A stretch of DNA of 64,000 nt, from contig CM060731.1 in the NCBI GenBank assembly GCA_030704615.1, forward strand, positions 46,686,001-46,750,000. The letters run 5' to 3'. Within the stretch, counting starts at the first letter, position 1, and the number at the start of each line of letters is the position of its first letter. The notes below the pieces were generated by a model. That model had not been told where the DNA came from. It made no database searches and saw only the letters and a program-made list of their open reading frames with translations. Below, in pieces: positions 11,680 to 23,839 of this stretch. The translations under genes and the position numbers were made by a program. This DNA comes from Takakia lepidozioides. Lineage: Eukaryota > Plantae > Bryophyta.

Positions 11680-12402
11680 GCAGGGAGTACATCCACCAAT
11701 TTGTCTCTCATATAGACCAGCACAGGTTCTAGAGACAGGATTGTGGATCTTTCATGGCACTCTCACACTCTAAAAATTCCATAGATTTTTAGCAGAGTCC
11801 CCAAAGCAGAAACCAGGTTTAGATAGGTAGATTTCCCCTTTCTGCAGCTATCCACCCAAAAACTGAGTCAAACGGAGTCCATTTGACAAAGTTATGACCA
11901 ACCAGGCTCTAAATCATTTAAATTATATCAAAGTTTTTTTTTTTTTTTTTAACACCAAAACGTTCCCGCCATTAGAACCGTTCCCGGGTTTCATTTGTGG
12001 TTACAGATGCACCACAGACTTGCTCGCTTAGTGAGCTGCTTTGCTCCAGCGACGACTCTCGAGCTCGGGTGGATGGCTATGGCGATGGTGGTGGCCTGTG
12101 CAGCGTCAGGCATCTATTTCCCGTGATGCAAGCACTCGAGCCATCCCTAATGCAGGGACAAGCCCTGATGATACTCTGTCAGAACCTGGTGGGCAGCTGC
12201 CATCTGCACTTGCTCCCTCTTCAGACAATCTTCGGACCTAGTGTCAAATGTGGAAGTGGTGAAGGAGCTTATTGACAAAGGCAACTGTGTTGGACTATCC
12301 ACAAAGTGGAGAGTAACCAGATCAGCTTCGTCATTTAGTTGAAGCTTGGAGCATAGGTCTGCATACTCCGATAGGGCAAGGCACTATCTCAATTCAGGTA
12401 GC

Positions 12403-12619
12403 GATCATGTTTGCTTTGACCTCCATCAAGGGAGTGGAGCGCCGTTTCGCTAACCTGGTCTGCAAGAAGGCGGACGTCGACACCAGCAAGAGAGCTGGTG
12501 AGCTGTCGGGTGCGGAGCTGGAGAACTTGATGGTGATTGTCGCGAATCCCCGGCAGTTCAAGATACCTGACTGGTTCTTGAACAGGAAGAAGGATCACAA
12601 GGACGGACGTTATTCGCAG
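12403..12619 (+). pseudogene. RPS18: Captured fragment of 40S ribosomal protein S18 (uS13), antisense to the element
   Basis: [72 protein letters not shown] is unmistakable plant RPS18. Both termini are missing. Confidence 0.93.
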
Positions 12620-13189
12620 GTCAAACTTTCTTCCAGACTGATCCAGGTCCTGTCAGTCCAAGTAAGTAACCTCTCCTAGAGGAGAACTAAAAGAGATTAC
12701 GGGGAGGTAGGTTACATATGCACACAACTGGAGCTGGAACACCTGCCCCCCTGATCCACCCCCACCATAACCTTGATAGGCAGAAGTAGCAGGGTACGGG
12801 TTTCCAATTAAGCCGTAATTCAGCTTCGAAGATGTTCAACTAGTGAAACACACAGCAGCTGAGAAAGATGCAACTGATGAAAGCCCTGCCACTCCTCACA
12901 CCTCCACGCTCCCGGCATGCTCACCAAATGAAAGAAAACCAGAAGAAAACTCCCCTTCACCTGCAGAGTCCAGCTTTTGACTTTGTCTCGAGCCTGTTAC
13001 ATTCTCAGAGATTTTACTATTCCACTCAACCATTTCACATCAAGCACACAGGACAGCCTGAAACCTAAACTTCCCACGTTATTATGCAAGTTTGACGGGC
13101 GGGATGTACAATCGGAATGGACTATCCAATCTGCAGACCAAAATCCTTTTCTTCCCAGCAGAATCGAGTCCTTGAGTCCGAGTCCCCCT

Positions 13190-13461
13190 TGCGATCTTCA
13201 AGTCCATTATACTCGTCATTCGAGGTTGATACAACGAATACACAACCGATTGCCGCCTGGTCAATTCCAGCTGCTGCTTCCCCTGATTGAAAGCAGAGAC
13301 AACGCTGGAAAGATCGACAGCTCGGAATTGTCCTTAAACGCTTCCCGACTTCGCCGTTTCACGTACTCCCGCACATTATAGTGCGTAAATCTTCACGCTT
13401 CTCTGAGAAAGCCTCTCAACAGCGCCCGCACCTCCGCTGCAGATGGCGCTACTGCGGCCAT
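13190..13461 (-). pseudogene. ISD11: Captured, near-complete LYR-motif protein ISD11/LYRM4 coding sequence
   Basis: MAAVAPSAAEVRALLRGFLREA*RFTHYNVREYVKRRSREAFKDN / (frameshift) SAFNQGKQQLELTRRQSVVYSLYQPRMTSIMDLK follows the ISD11 pattern (LYR...F..YN.REY..RR...F). Confidence 0.82.
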
Positions 13462-13472
13462 CGCAATTCTCC

Positions 13473-13562
13473 CTCCACTTCAGGATTGTTGATCAAATGC
13501 AGCACCTTGGTTGTTGACCGGTCATATTCCCTGTGTCCTAGCTTGGACTCCAAGACTGCAAG
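13473..13562 (-). pseudogene. MAD1: Captured fragment of spindle checkpoint protein MAD1
   Basis: LAVLESKLGHREYDRSTTKVLHLINNPEVE resembles the MAD1 LESKLG.GDY....T(K/R)VLH segment (MAD2-binding region). Confidence 0.72.
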
Positions 13563-13720
13563 AGTGCAGGTATCAGCGTTCACCGCTTGCCAGCGCTGCT
13601 CCATGCTGCACGGTAGAGCTTCTCTCTAAGCTTACTGGGGAAACAATCATCCAGCTTCAAGGATCACGCATAGGTGCCAACTAGCATTTGCTGCTGCATT
13701 TTTAAGTCTCTCCTCGTGTA

Positions 13721-13849
13721 CTCCAAAGCCTCTGGTGACTTGGTAGCTTTAGCGACTGCAATAACAGTGGCGGCTCCGGCATCGTCATCCTCCAGGCGTT
13801 TCAGGGCACGCTGAATCTTGTGATCACATTCAATGATATGCTTCTCAAA
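13721..13849 (-). pseudogene. LUC7: Captured fragment of U1 snRNP factor LUC7-like
   Basis: FEKHIIECDHKIQRALKRLEDDDAGAATVIAVAKATKSPEALE resembles plant LUC7-family LIVECDRKI.RALKRL.EEDAKAAIAISVSEVTQSPEILE. Confidence 0.75.
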
Positions 13850-13921
13850 CTAAGCACTACTTACACATAGGTAATCTTGCAAGTGCTAACCCACAACTCC
13901 TACCTTGCACTCACAGGTAAG

Positions 13922-13938
13922 AGCTGATCTCTCTCGAG
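13922..13938 (-). other. Self-complementary primer-binding site (Tf1-like)
   Basis: Minus strand CTCGAGAGAGATCAGCT directly abuts repeat B and is complementary (16/17) to 14129-14145 inside the same repeat. It does not start with the TGG of a tRNA PBS. Confidence 0.8.
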
Positions 13939-14294
13939 TGATAAAGAAGCTTGAAAGGACATACACTCCCAACACAAGAAATATAAAATCCATCGCTATC
14001 ACTCATTGAAACTGAAGTCGAGCCAGGGGCACCCCAAGCTATGGGGACTCCACCCCACAACAACCTGTATCCCTACATAAGCACACTAAAACCTAAACAC
14101 ATGCAGGAGCTCGGTCGCGCAGGCTCAACTCGAGAGAGATGAGCTGCGCGACTGCCGCTCTCGTGAAGATAAGACAGACCAGGTGTCAAACTAAACTTGA
14201 CACCTGATTTAACACTTGACCTAACTCCAAGTGTTAAATACAAATAACTAGTTTTATTCTAGCTGTTTTCACACTGTGCTTATTTAACTTGACA
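13939..14294 (-). repeat. Terminal repeat B, 5' copy (356 bp)
   Basis: Direct repeat of 2416-2761, TG...CA. Confidence 0.95.
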
Positions 14295-17094
14295 AGTTCT
14301 ATGTGTTGCACCGTTTCCCTGACCTCACACGAGCTTGCATACACGTTGATGTGCATTGTCACAAATTGGCGAGGGGGAACTCGCGGGAGGCTGCCCACGA
14401 GGCAGAGCAGCTTAAGTTGAGACCTGGTGCCAAACCCAAACAGATACAACTGCAGGCCGCCAAAATTATGTCGAAAGATGGCTCTGACAGAGTTCCTCTC
14501 GACGAGAAGAAAATGGAGGCATTGCTGGAGTCAGTGTCCCACGTCTGTTCACCGAATGTCCGAAACCACATTGTCTCCTGCAAACAAAGAATTGGGCGAG
14601 GCTCGGATATGCACTCCATTCTAGAGGTGAAGCGACGATGTGCATATGACTACATTCATGGAAGTAGGTTTCCAGGACAAGGGGCTGAGGCAGATCGTTG
14701 TTTCATATTCAAAATGTCCACGTGAGGGCCTGGTAGCGGCGTGGAACTGGTCCACCGGATGACGAGTGGGGACTTGTCAAACAGTTGGGTCATGTTCGAC
14801 CATATCAAGCGAATTACAAATCACCAGTAGGTGACAATGGGTGCACATGTCTACGACACCCACTGTAGGATGCTAATGACAATTGCTATTTGTGAGATGA
14901 AAGGGGGGGACACACAATCGGAGATGCTTCTTTGGCAGGGAATAAACGAACAGATGGCCAGGGCGGGATTGCCCCCGCCCAATTTCCGTGGTTTCATGGC
15001 GGACAACGCACAAGCAAATTGGGCTGCCATCCGAAGGGTGTACGGTGAATACCCCAATGTTCTGATGGAAGGCAATGAAAGATCTTGTGGGTTCCATTTT
15101 CTGCAGAGCTTGTCATAGTACACAACCAGGCTCGTGGCGCTAGATTTCAGAGAGGAGCACCGTTCCATGTGTCTTGCGTGGAAGCGTGCTCCTACCTTGG
15201 ATGATGCAGAGACACAGTTTGCATGTATACGGGCTTGGTGGACAACGTCAGGTGCTGTAAAGAAATCAGACGAGGGAACAATGGTCAGTTGGCTAGCATG
15301 GTGGCATTATTGTTTCCTCCAGTTTGACGACTATATGCGGGAGGTGAGTTGGACGAATTTGCGTCCCGTTGAATATTATGCTAGTCATTATTTGTAACTT
15401 GCTTATAACCTCAGTATGTGCATGTGGAGGAAATGTGTCTAGACTCCGACACCGATATGCCGACAACAAACATGGCCGAATCAGTACATTCTTCCTGACG
15501 TGCCTCCTCTGTGGCGCATCTGGGGGACATCCTCATTGCCACAACGGAGGACATTGTGAGGTCAATTATGCAACAATGCAGGTACAACGAGTTCTTGAAA
15601 GGGAAACAGTGGGGCTTAGGGCCGGACAGGCATGAAATGCTGATGTGACTGCCTCCAGATTGAAGAATCCTCGGAAGTGGGCGGCAGCCTTGCGAGAGGG
15701 CCTTCGAGACACGCCATTGCTTCGAAGAGGCCAACACTTGGAATGAGATGTTCACACCTGTCCAATGAGACGAAGACTTGACGAGGCACCTGGCGGAGAA
15801 GAGGATTCATGGGGAGCTGACAAGAATATTCGCACGCTCCCTCGTGGTCCCGTGATGTTGCCCAAGGAGGTCTCGTCGAGCACCACAAGTCCTGCACATT
15901 CAAGATCGACATCTCCTTTGAGCACAGGGTACGTGCCCGAGGAACATAACGAGCCATATGTAGTAATGCAGTACAACATACCCATTGTGGAGCCAAGAGT
16001 GTCGGAGTCACAGTGGAGAATTGCAAGGACATTGTCGGCATTTCGAGGGAAGTGCTGCGCTATCCGAGTGGATACGAGAGCACGCTGTTGTGAGACGATT
16101 CGGAGGAACCCACACGGTGCTGTATCTGCACCTTGTTTCAGCGGCATATTTTTGACTCCCAGATTTTCTCACGCCACAACATAAACGTTTTGGTTCTATA
16201 GGCACGAATAATGACTTGTGTATTTGGCAAGCCCAAGTACGAGATTCAGGGAATGCCGGAGCCTCCGGGCGTCTGGCCTGTTGCACCGGGTTGCAACCTC
16301 TCTTAGAATGAGGTGGATGCTCTTTCTGCAGCAGGATTTCGAATGGTGCAACACACAGACGTCCCTGCCCACCCATTTCCAGTTCCTCAGACCAGCCATT
16401 GCAGACTGCGAGGTCCAGTAGAGACGGATTGGACAATTCTGCACATCCCACAATGCGATTCAGAAGAGTGAAGAGACGACACCCTCCCAACAAGTTGAAT
16501 GAGACTGCCAATGCTCTTGGGATGGCTTGCACTATTCAGAGCTCCGTGGATGTACCCGCACCCGGCCTTGGGCGTGTTTATCGGATGGCAACGGCCGGCT
16601 CAGCTGTACGCGACGACGTATACACAATTATAATCGGAGTGGAGCCGACCTGCAATTGTACGGACTTCTCGTTGATGGAAGCAAAGAAGGTGACAAAATA
16701 TTATCCGTGCAAACATTTGTATTACATTTACCTGAAGAGGTTGAGGATGAACTTGACTATTTATGACTTTGTTCATGCACCAGCGTTGAGCGTGAACGAG
16801 CTGCACAAACTCCTCCGCCGGGATTCCAGAAATCATTGATGGGGCAAAGGGAATCCACCATATGGATATTTGCAATTGCATTTTTATGCATTAGACTTTG
16901 TTTTGCAGTGTATAATTTAAAATGCACCCCAAAACTCCAGGAATGAGACAGGCAATATTAAAGTAATCTATTTTAAACACTATGGACTTCTGGATATCCG
17001 TTGACGTCCAGTGGCAATTCAATGTCGAAACAGAATCCATAATAAGATGGCGGCAGGAAAAATAAACTGTCTAAGTCCCAACATATACGGGAAC

Positions 17095-17345
17095 GATGTC
17101 TGGAAAAATGGCGCCGAATTTCCAGTTACATGGCCCAGAACTGCCCAACATTTGTGCAATCCCCGGCACCATCTTCCGAAATTCGGCGCCACATATCCAA
17201 ATTTTGGGGTAACACACCTGGCCTGTTGGGACCTATAGCCGCGAAATTTGGCACCATTTTTCACCGGAGGCACCTATTACTGCGAAATACGTCGCAGTTT
17301 TCTTTGGTTGCGGAACCTATTACCGCGAAATTCGGCGCCATTTTT
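17095..17345. repeat. Cluster of AAATTCGGCGCC-type motifs downstream of the transposase
   Basis: About 4-5 copies of (A)AATT(C/T)GGC(G/A)CC or its reverse complement, the same motif as the 18.5-20 kb and 23.9-24.7 kb arrays. Confidence 0.65.
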
Positions 17346-17661
17346 GCAGATGTTGCTCAGAATCTCCATGAGCGGAAGAGGAAATATCATGAGCACAGCT
17401 CCCAAAACTACAATTTCAGCTTCAAACAATGAATATTACATTAGTTTTGTTCTGACACATTCCATTAAAATAATGTTTTTAATGTTTTTTAATTCCAAAA
17501 TTTGTACTTCTGCTCATGAAAACCGATTGTCTTACTACTCCGCTTATGCCGCTCATGCTCATGAAATAGTTAACCTCATACTGTCTCCTTGGTTCCTTCA
17601 GTTACAGCTCGATACTCGGCCTCAGTTGATGACAACGCAATTGTTGGCTGACATTTGATCG

Positions 17662-17945
17662 GTGATCGGTGCTCCTCCCAATCAAAACACATATCCAGCA
17701 GTAGATCTCCGGGTCTCCTAATCTCCAGCCCAATGAGCATCTACAAATTTATCTAGTTCAGTGCCTCCCTCAGCATAGAACATCAGCCTGTAGTCCATTG
17801 TGCCTTTCAAATATCTAAAGATTCTTTGACAGCCTCCATATGAGATTTTGGCGGTTCTGCCATAAATCGACTCACAACACCCACTGCGTGGCAGATGTTT
17901 GGATGTGTATTCGTTAAATAGGTACGCTTGCCAACCATCTTGTAA
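17662..17945 (-). pseudogene. Ty1/Copia RT-RNase H fragment
   Basis: MVGKRTYLTNTHPNICHAVGVVSRFMAEP...IFRYLKGT...FVDAHWAGD*ETRRSTAGYVF. Confidence 0.85.
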
Positions 17946-18027
17946 AAATATAATGCCTCCCGTAGCTTATGGTGTCACTTGACCCCGACGGGCTACTGCC
18001 TTCCAGCAGGAAGGTGGACACCTTCAT

Positions 18028-18107
18028 GACACACCAGACGATGGTTTGAACCCACAATCACATCCAACGTAGTATGTGCCCATTACCACTAGGCTACATG
18101 CTGGTTG
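18028..18107 (-). other. Degenerate tRNA-derived (SINE-like) sequence
   Basis: Minus strand has an A-box-like TAGCCTAGTGG and a B-box-like GGTTCAAACC at tRNA-like spacing. No proper cloverleaf. Confidence 0.4.
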
Positions 18108-18484
18108 TCATAAAGGTGTCCATCACTAACCATTTTTTAGTTATACAGTGTGATGCATCAGCTAGTTCTTCCCCAAAATATTAACTACAAGCTTGCAGTT
18201 GCTCGACCATTGGTGTAGGGCTGGAATTGCATTCACCGAGTCCAAGCTCCTTCAACATCGCTCGGATATATCCCCGCCGAGTCATGAAAATACCCTGTTT
18301 GAAGTAGAGAAACTCGATTCCCAGATACAATTCAGGAGCTCCAAGCTGAGACATTCAAAATTTATTCACAAGCTGCTATGTCAACTGTAAAGTAAAAAAT
18401 GGGGGCCTTGTTTCACCACCCGGGGTAAATCTATGTGTTCCCTCTTGATTAGACAACCAGTTTCAATGCTACATGAGCCGCAGT

Positions 18485-20040
18485 GGAAGGGCGCTCGGAT
18501 GAAATCGTCTCGGGGGGAGAGGCTGACACGTGGCTGCCAGAGATCATCCCCAAGATGGAAAAACGGCGCCGAATTTCCATCCAAGGGCACTCGAATGAAG
18601 TCGTCTCGGGGGGAGAGGCCGACACGTGGTTGCCAGAGATCATCCCCCGGATGGAAAAACGGCGTCGAATTTCCATCCAAGGGCGCTTGGATGAAGTCGT
18701 CTCGGGGGGAGAGGCCGACATGTGCCTGCCAGAGATCATCCCCCGGATGGAAAACGGCGCCGAATTTCCATCCGAGGGCGCTCCGTTGAAGTCGTCTCGG
18801 GGGGAGAGGCCGACACATGCCTGCCAGAGAACATCCCCCGGATGGAAAAACGGCACCGAATTTCCATCCTACAGGTAAGTTGGAGCTCGGACGGATGGAA
18901 AATCGGCGCCGAATTTCCATCCGAGGGTGCTTGGATGAAGTTGTCTCGGGGGGAGAGGCCAACACGTGCCTACCAGAGAACATCCCCCAGATGGAAAAAC
19001 GGCGCCGAATTTCCATCCTGTAGGTAAGTCGGAGCTCGGTCGGATGGAAAACTGGCGCCGAATTTCCATCCGAGGGCGCTCGGATGAAGTCGTCTGGGGG
19101 GGAGAGGCCGACACGTGCCTGCCAGAAAACATCCCTCGGATGGAAAAACGACGCCGAATTTCATCTTGCAGGTAAGTCGGAGCTCGGACGGATGGAAATC
19201 CGGCGCCGAATTTCCATCCTGCAGTTAAGTCAGAGCTCGGACGGATGGAAAACCGGCGCCGAATTTCCATCCGAGGGTGCTCGGGTAAAGTCGTCTCGGG
19301 GGGAAAGGCCGACACGTGCCTGCCAGAGATCATCCCTCGGATGAAAAAATAGCACCAAATTTCCATCTTTGGACGCCCGTATGGAGCCGTCATCAACCAT
19401 TTCAGTCGTTATATGACATTTTTCGAGTTTTTTTTGTATAATCTGACCCTCAATTTAGAGTTTTCACCCTGTGGGCCACTTTTTTTGTACGTTATCCCTA
19501 CAAATGTCGGAAATTCGGCGCTGGTTTTCCATCCGAGGGAGCTCCAAGTTCTATTGCGGATGGAAATTTGGCGCCGGTTTTCCATCCAAACGAGCTCCGA
19601 CGTACCTGCAGGATGGAAATTCGGCGCCGGTTTTCCATCCGACCAAGCTCTGACTTAATTGCAGGATGGAAATTCGGCACCGGTTTTCCATCCGTCCGAG
19701 CTCCGACCATGGAAATTTGGCGCCGGTTTTCCATCCGACCGAGCTCCGACTTACTTGCAGGATGGAAATTTGGCACCGGTTTTCCAGCCGGGGGAGCTCC
19801 GACTTACCTGTAGGATGGAATTCGGCGCCGGTTTTCCATCCAGCGGCTTGTGGATGATGCCATCTCGGGCGGAGCGAGGGCTAGGTGGCGCTCCTACTTC
19901 ATCCGCTGGATGGAAATTTGGCGCCGTTTTTTCCATTGAGGGGCTTGTGGATGATGCCGTCTCGGGCGGAGCGAGGGCCAGGTGGCGTTCATACTTTGGC
20001 GCCGTTTTTCAATCCAGCGGGCTGTCGATGAAGTCTCGGG
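18485..20040. repeat. Compound tandem array of ~30-bp palindromes forming a large imperfect inverted repeat
   Basis: Units of roughly 97 bp and 53 bp, each containing GGATGGAAA(AAC/TTC)GGCGCCGAATTTCCATCC. Arms 18485-19370 and 19505-20040 are in opposite orientation. Confidence 0.9.
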
Positions 20041-23000
20041 TGGAAGTTGGGACAGGTGGTGGTGGGGGCAAGCTCCACACCTATGACATTGAAGTGCGCC
20101 GGCCAACATTCATTGTCCGCAGCCATTGGTTTTTGAACAGGACTTTCGGCACGGATTCCGTGCCGCCTTCTCAGATACGCATGGAACCCCTGTCGTGACG
20201 GGTGGATGAGGTTCCACTCGAGGCCTGTATGTACGAATTTTGCGGGAAATTCTTCTCTTACTCGGACTTATGCCGCGTGGAGTAGGTCGTGGCTCTCCTG
20301 AGAGAAACCCCACTTCCAGACCGCGGCGCAAACTCAAACCTTTGTACTACGGGACGCGTCCAACGTCTCGCATGGCCAAGCTGAAGCTCCAGCAGGAGAT
20401 CCCCTTGTCTTGCTCACAGCCCGCGCCAACTGAAGCCGAGCCCTCTCAGGCGAGCCCCTGCTTCCTCCTCTCTCTGTAGCATGTGCGGTCGTCTGATTGG
20501 CTTTGTTTTGTTTGTTTTGGCATCCTTGTGCATGTGCTTCTTCATGTGTTTTTAAGCCTTTACTTGGTTTTGTTTTCATGGTTGTTCCATGCCACTCCCT
20601 ACTCTGCCTCTCACGACTGTGGCTCGTTTGTTGGCGATTGTAGCACTCTTGTTGGGGATGACAGAGTGAAAACGAGCTCGACACGGTGGTGGTATCGTTG
20701 ACAGCTCCAACTCCTCGTGCACTCACTCCAAAAGCGACTACTCATCGAGCGCAGTCGGACAGTCATCGGCAGCAGTCTGCGGACCACGTGCTTCGCATAT
20801 TCGGGGAGCCAAAGTGGGGGCGGGAGGGCTCACAGGAAGTTGCTCCTTTTGTTGGTGGACGGGAGGCCCTGAAACGGGAGTACGCCCGAATAGGCATTCG
20901 AGAGGTTGGTTGTCGCGGCCCTTTGCCTTGAGGGCAGGGGGTCGGGACACGTGAGGGGCTGCCCCTGTGGTGGGGCCAGTGGAAACATTAGTTGCGGGGG
21001 CTGAAGCACCCTTGAGTGCCCAAGGCACTCAAGGAGGCGGAGGCGCTCACTAGGTGGAGCCCCACACACCGGGTTGCGGTGGAGGTGGTTCCATGAGGGG
21101 TGGTGGTAGCTTAGTGGGACTTAGTGGGGGTGGCATAGGACTCACCATGGGGGCGGAGACCTTGTGGTGGGAGTCGTGGGGAGTCTTGGGACTCATCACG
21201 GTCCAATGGGACCGTGGTTGGTGGGCCAAGACTCACCGCAACTGATCACCGGGAATCGAGGGTTTTCGTGGCGGTTCGCCATAAAATGGCATGGTTATTT
21301 GTGAAACCCCCGCGGACAGTCACAGAAGTATATATAGGGAGTAGTAACCCCGAGAACGGTGCAAGCCCGTTGGCAACCAAAAACTAGTGAGTAAGCGTGC
21401 GAGCCAGAAAGCGACCCAAGGTGTGGGGAGCAGTTCCGGACTGCCATCGACCAAAGGGAATTTCCACTTGGCCCAAATTGAGAGAGGGTCTTGTGGAGGA
21501 GTAAAGGGGGACCGTTATGTCCCGGTGAGCAGCCGAAGCTCCGAGTTGGCCCGGCGGCCAGTTTGGGAGTTAGGCGCGCGCATCAAGCGAGTATCTATGA
21601 CTTGAAGGGGAGCTTACCAAACTGAGGTGCGCGACATTGGTGCAGCCGACATGGCAGGTGCAGGGCGTCGCATGAGGACAACAGATCCACCAATCCAGGA
21701 ATCTGATGCACATGCAGGAGGGCCCGCCCACGCAAAGAGGAAGAAGAAACCCAAGCACATGCAATCCCCGGCGAGAGAGCCATCACAAGCTGACGAGGGG
21801 GGTCTGAACAGATCACCAATCAAGGCACGTGAGAGTGTCAGTTCCTCGCAATCAAAGGTGGGAGGCCTGGAGGCCTCCCCTGCTGCTAGCCTAGTAAGAA
21901 ACAGAAGGCCCGTGAGAGGGCAAAAGAGAGGGCAAAAGAACGGGCGAGACAGAAGGCTAGCCACGAGGAAAGAGAAAATGCCACTGAAGAGGCCAGGGGT
22001 GTGGAAATGACAGATGCCCATCTAAGTGAGGGACGCATAGAAACGGTGGATCCCTCCAAGACAGCAGAAACATGCAGTAACACACTGGCTGCATCCTTAC
22101 CGGTTACACCATCACGGGTGGGAGCAGCCCCCGCAATTACCCATACGATGGAGACTGGGGGAGGGGATAAAACACCACAAAGACCACGGAATGTGGGAGG
22201 TGGAGGTGAAGACGGGGAGACCCCATTTGAGAACGACCACGGAACTTCTCGTGCCCACACTTCCGATGAGGTGGACAAATGGGGTCCCCATTGGCAAAGG
22301 CGAAATGAGGAGTTTGAGAGATTGATTGCTACTGATCCTCTTTTCCACCACTTGTCCGGAAAGATGTTTTACGTGTGGGACGACAATCATCGCCTCCTGG
22401 CATGGATGGAGCACATAGCCCAAGCCCACCCCAACGACCTGGATTGGCATTACGCCGTGGAGTGTGTGGTGCTGAAGGTTGTGGGGCCCAAAGATCGCAG
22501 TCTTCTCAAAGCTGTAATGGCAGACATCAACTCGTAAGTTACAATGCCTCTTGCTTTGGAACTTTGAATTTGAAACAGTCATTTCATTGCCAATCGTCAT
22601 ATTTGTTGCAAATTCTCATTTCAGTATCGTTTAATGGAAATGTGGCATTGCAGGGTGACTGTGAATGCCTTCATTGCCACCAACTTGTCCCACATGCTCT
22701 TCCGAGTGAAGGATGTTGGGAAGCAGGGGGTGCAAGAGTTTGCCAATTCGCTCAGTGCCGACCTATTGCGCAAGTCGGAGGCAATGGCAGACAGAACCTG
22801 GTATAGGCTGAGCATGGACGCCATGGTGGATTACATATTTCGGGTACAGCTCCTAACTCGTTTGTTGACATAATCTGTCTTTGCTCCCCCAATAGAAGAA
22901 AAAGTGTGGACCAAGATTTCTAATGTTATGTGCGCATTGTTGACAGACGAAAATTCAGCAGGATTTGGCACATGCGCGGAGGTTCTACATGGAGTCAGAG

Positions 23001-23839
23001 GAGAAGAAACTAACCCTCTCAGCACTGGAATCGTATCTCAAAGCTGCGGAGGCGCAGGCTCGCATCAAGTACAACTCGCGAATGGTGAAGTACGTGGCCA
23101 TAGCTGATCCCGCCCTTGGTGCCGACTTTCTGGTGGAGGTGGGGAAGCACTACTCCTGTGCTCTTAAGCCCACAATGACACTGGAGAAGCTGCATCGTCT
23201 AGCCACAGCCTGTGTAGATGCAACAGAGAAGGTTATACAATTCTTAACCAAATTCTCTTGTGGCAACAATTCGTTTTCGTGGTGTTTGATGCTTACTAAT
23301 ATGCACGGTGGTTGGACAGACCCGGTGGCTCCAAATCTGGAATGGGTCCCAGAGTACAAGGGACATGTGGAGCTTCCCCAAACCCGACAAACTGTCTGAC
23401 CCCACATTCGACATGTGGATGAACCGCATGACATGGTGGTTTCAGGTACTTTCCCACACTTCATTTGACGCTTCTACTCTTGTATCTGGTGGATTTCTTG
23501 TGATTATTGAGGAATACGGTCTGATGGAGAATCTCCACAGGTGACGACAAATGCGCAAGAGCAGCTTGACACCCAAGCACATCAATTCAAGCTGGAGATT
23601 TTTGAAGAAGAGAGCATATGCGACTATGTGACGAGGTACTTTCTGCTCTACAAAACCGACCTGTTCTTTCGAGAGATACCGCATGCCCGCCGGAGCCACG
23701 AGTTCACCGACCAGCCAAACACGGACAAAGCGGCAATGCGCCTTCTGTACAGGTAAATATGTGGTGCTCCTCTTTGATCTGTGGCCATTGTAGTCCCTGG
23801 AGTTCGTGGATGTAAAACGGCTTGTGTGGGCATGACAAT

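Larger units (their letters stand above)
2330..14294 (-). mobile_element. Ty3/Gypsy-type retrotransposon with DNMT3-like methyltransferase, PHD finger and split direct repeats
   Basis: Ends TGTC...GACA, flanked by AGTT at 2326-2329 and 14295-14298. Domain order gag-PR-DNMT-RT-RNaseH-IN-PHD on the minus strand. PPT at 2851-2860. Confidence 0.93.
2283..16839 (+). pseudogene. Mutator-like (MULE) transposase pseudogene with GCM-like N-terminus and C-terminal SWIM finger, split by the Gypsy insertion (pieces 2283-2329 and 14299-16839)
   Basis: Removing 2330-14298 restores an in-frame CKKPPHCMSVFNAKQFYVLHRFPDLTRACIHVDVHCH, matching the paralog at 31625 (CKLVPSCLALCRATMYYVVHRLKTMTRACVHFGFYNH). DDE-core motifs MFDHIKR, GFMADNAQANW and CGFHF are present. 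SWIM: CNCTDF...PCKHLYYIY (16399-16839). Multiple in-frame stops. Confidence 0.85.

Noticed and set aside
12246-12290. Ankyrin-repeat capture (NVEVVKELIDKG)
   Set aside because: The match is too short to distinguish from chance without a search.
12407-12679. Functional RPS18 gene
   Set aside because: Only the central portion is present, neighbouring exons were not found, and it lies within the retrotransposon.
2330-14294. DIRS/Ngaro tyrosine-recombinase element (suggested by split repeats and a methyltransferase)
   Set aside because: It encodes an aspartic protease and DDE integrase, has a 4-bp TSD and a PPT, shows no recognisable tyrosine recombinase, and its MTase is C5-type rather than the DIRS adenine type.
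18381-20198. Numerous overlapping ORFs in the repeat arrays (also 23839-25012)
   Set aside because: They are translations of GC-rich palindromic tandem repeats open in many frames on both strands, with no protein-like signal.
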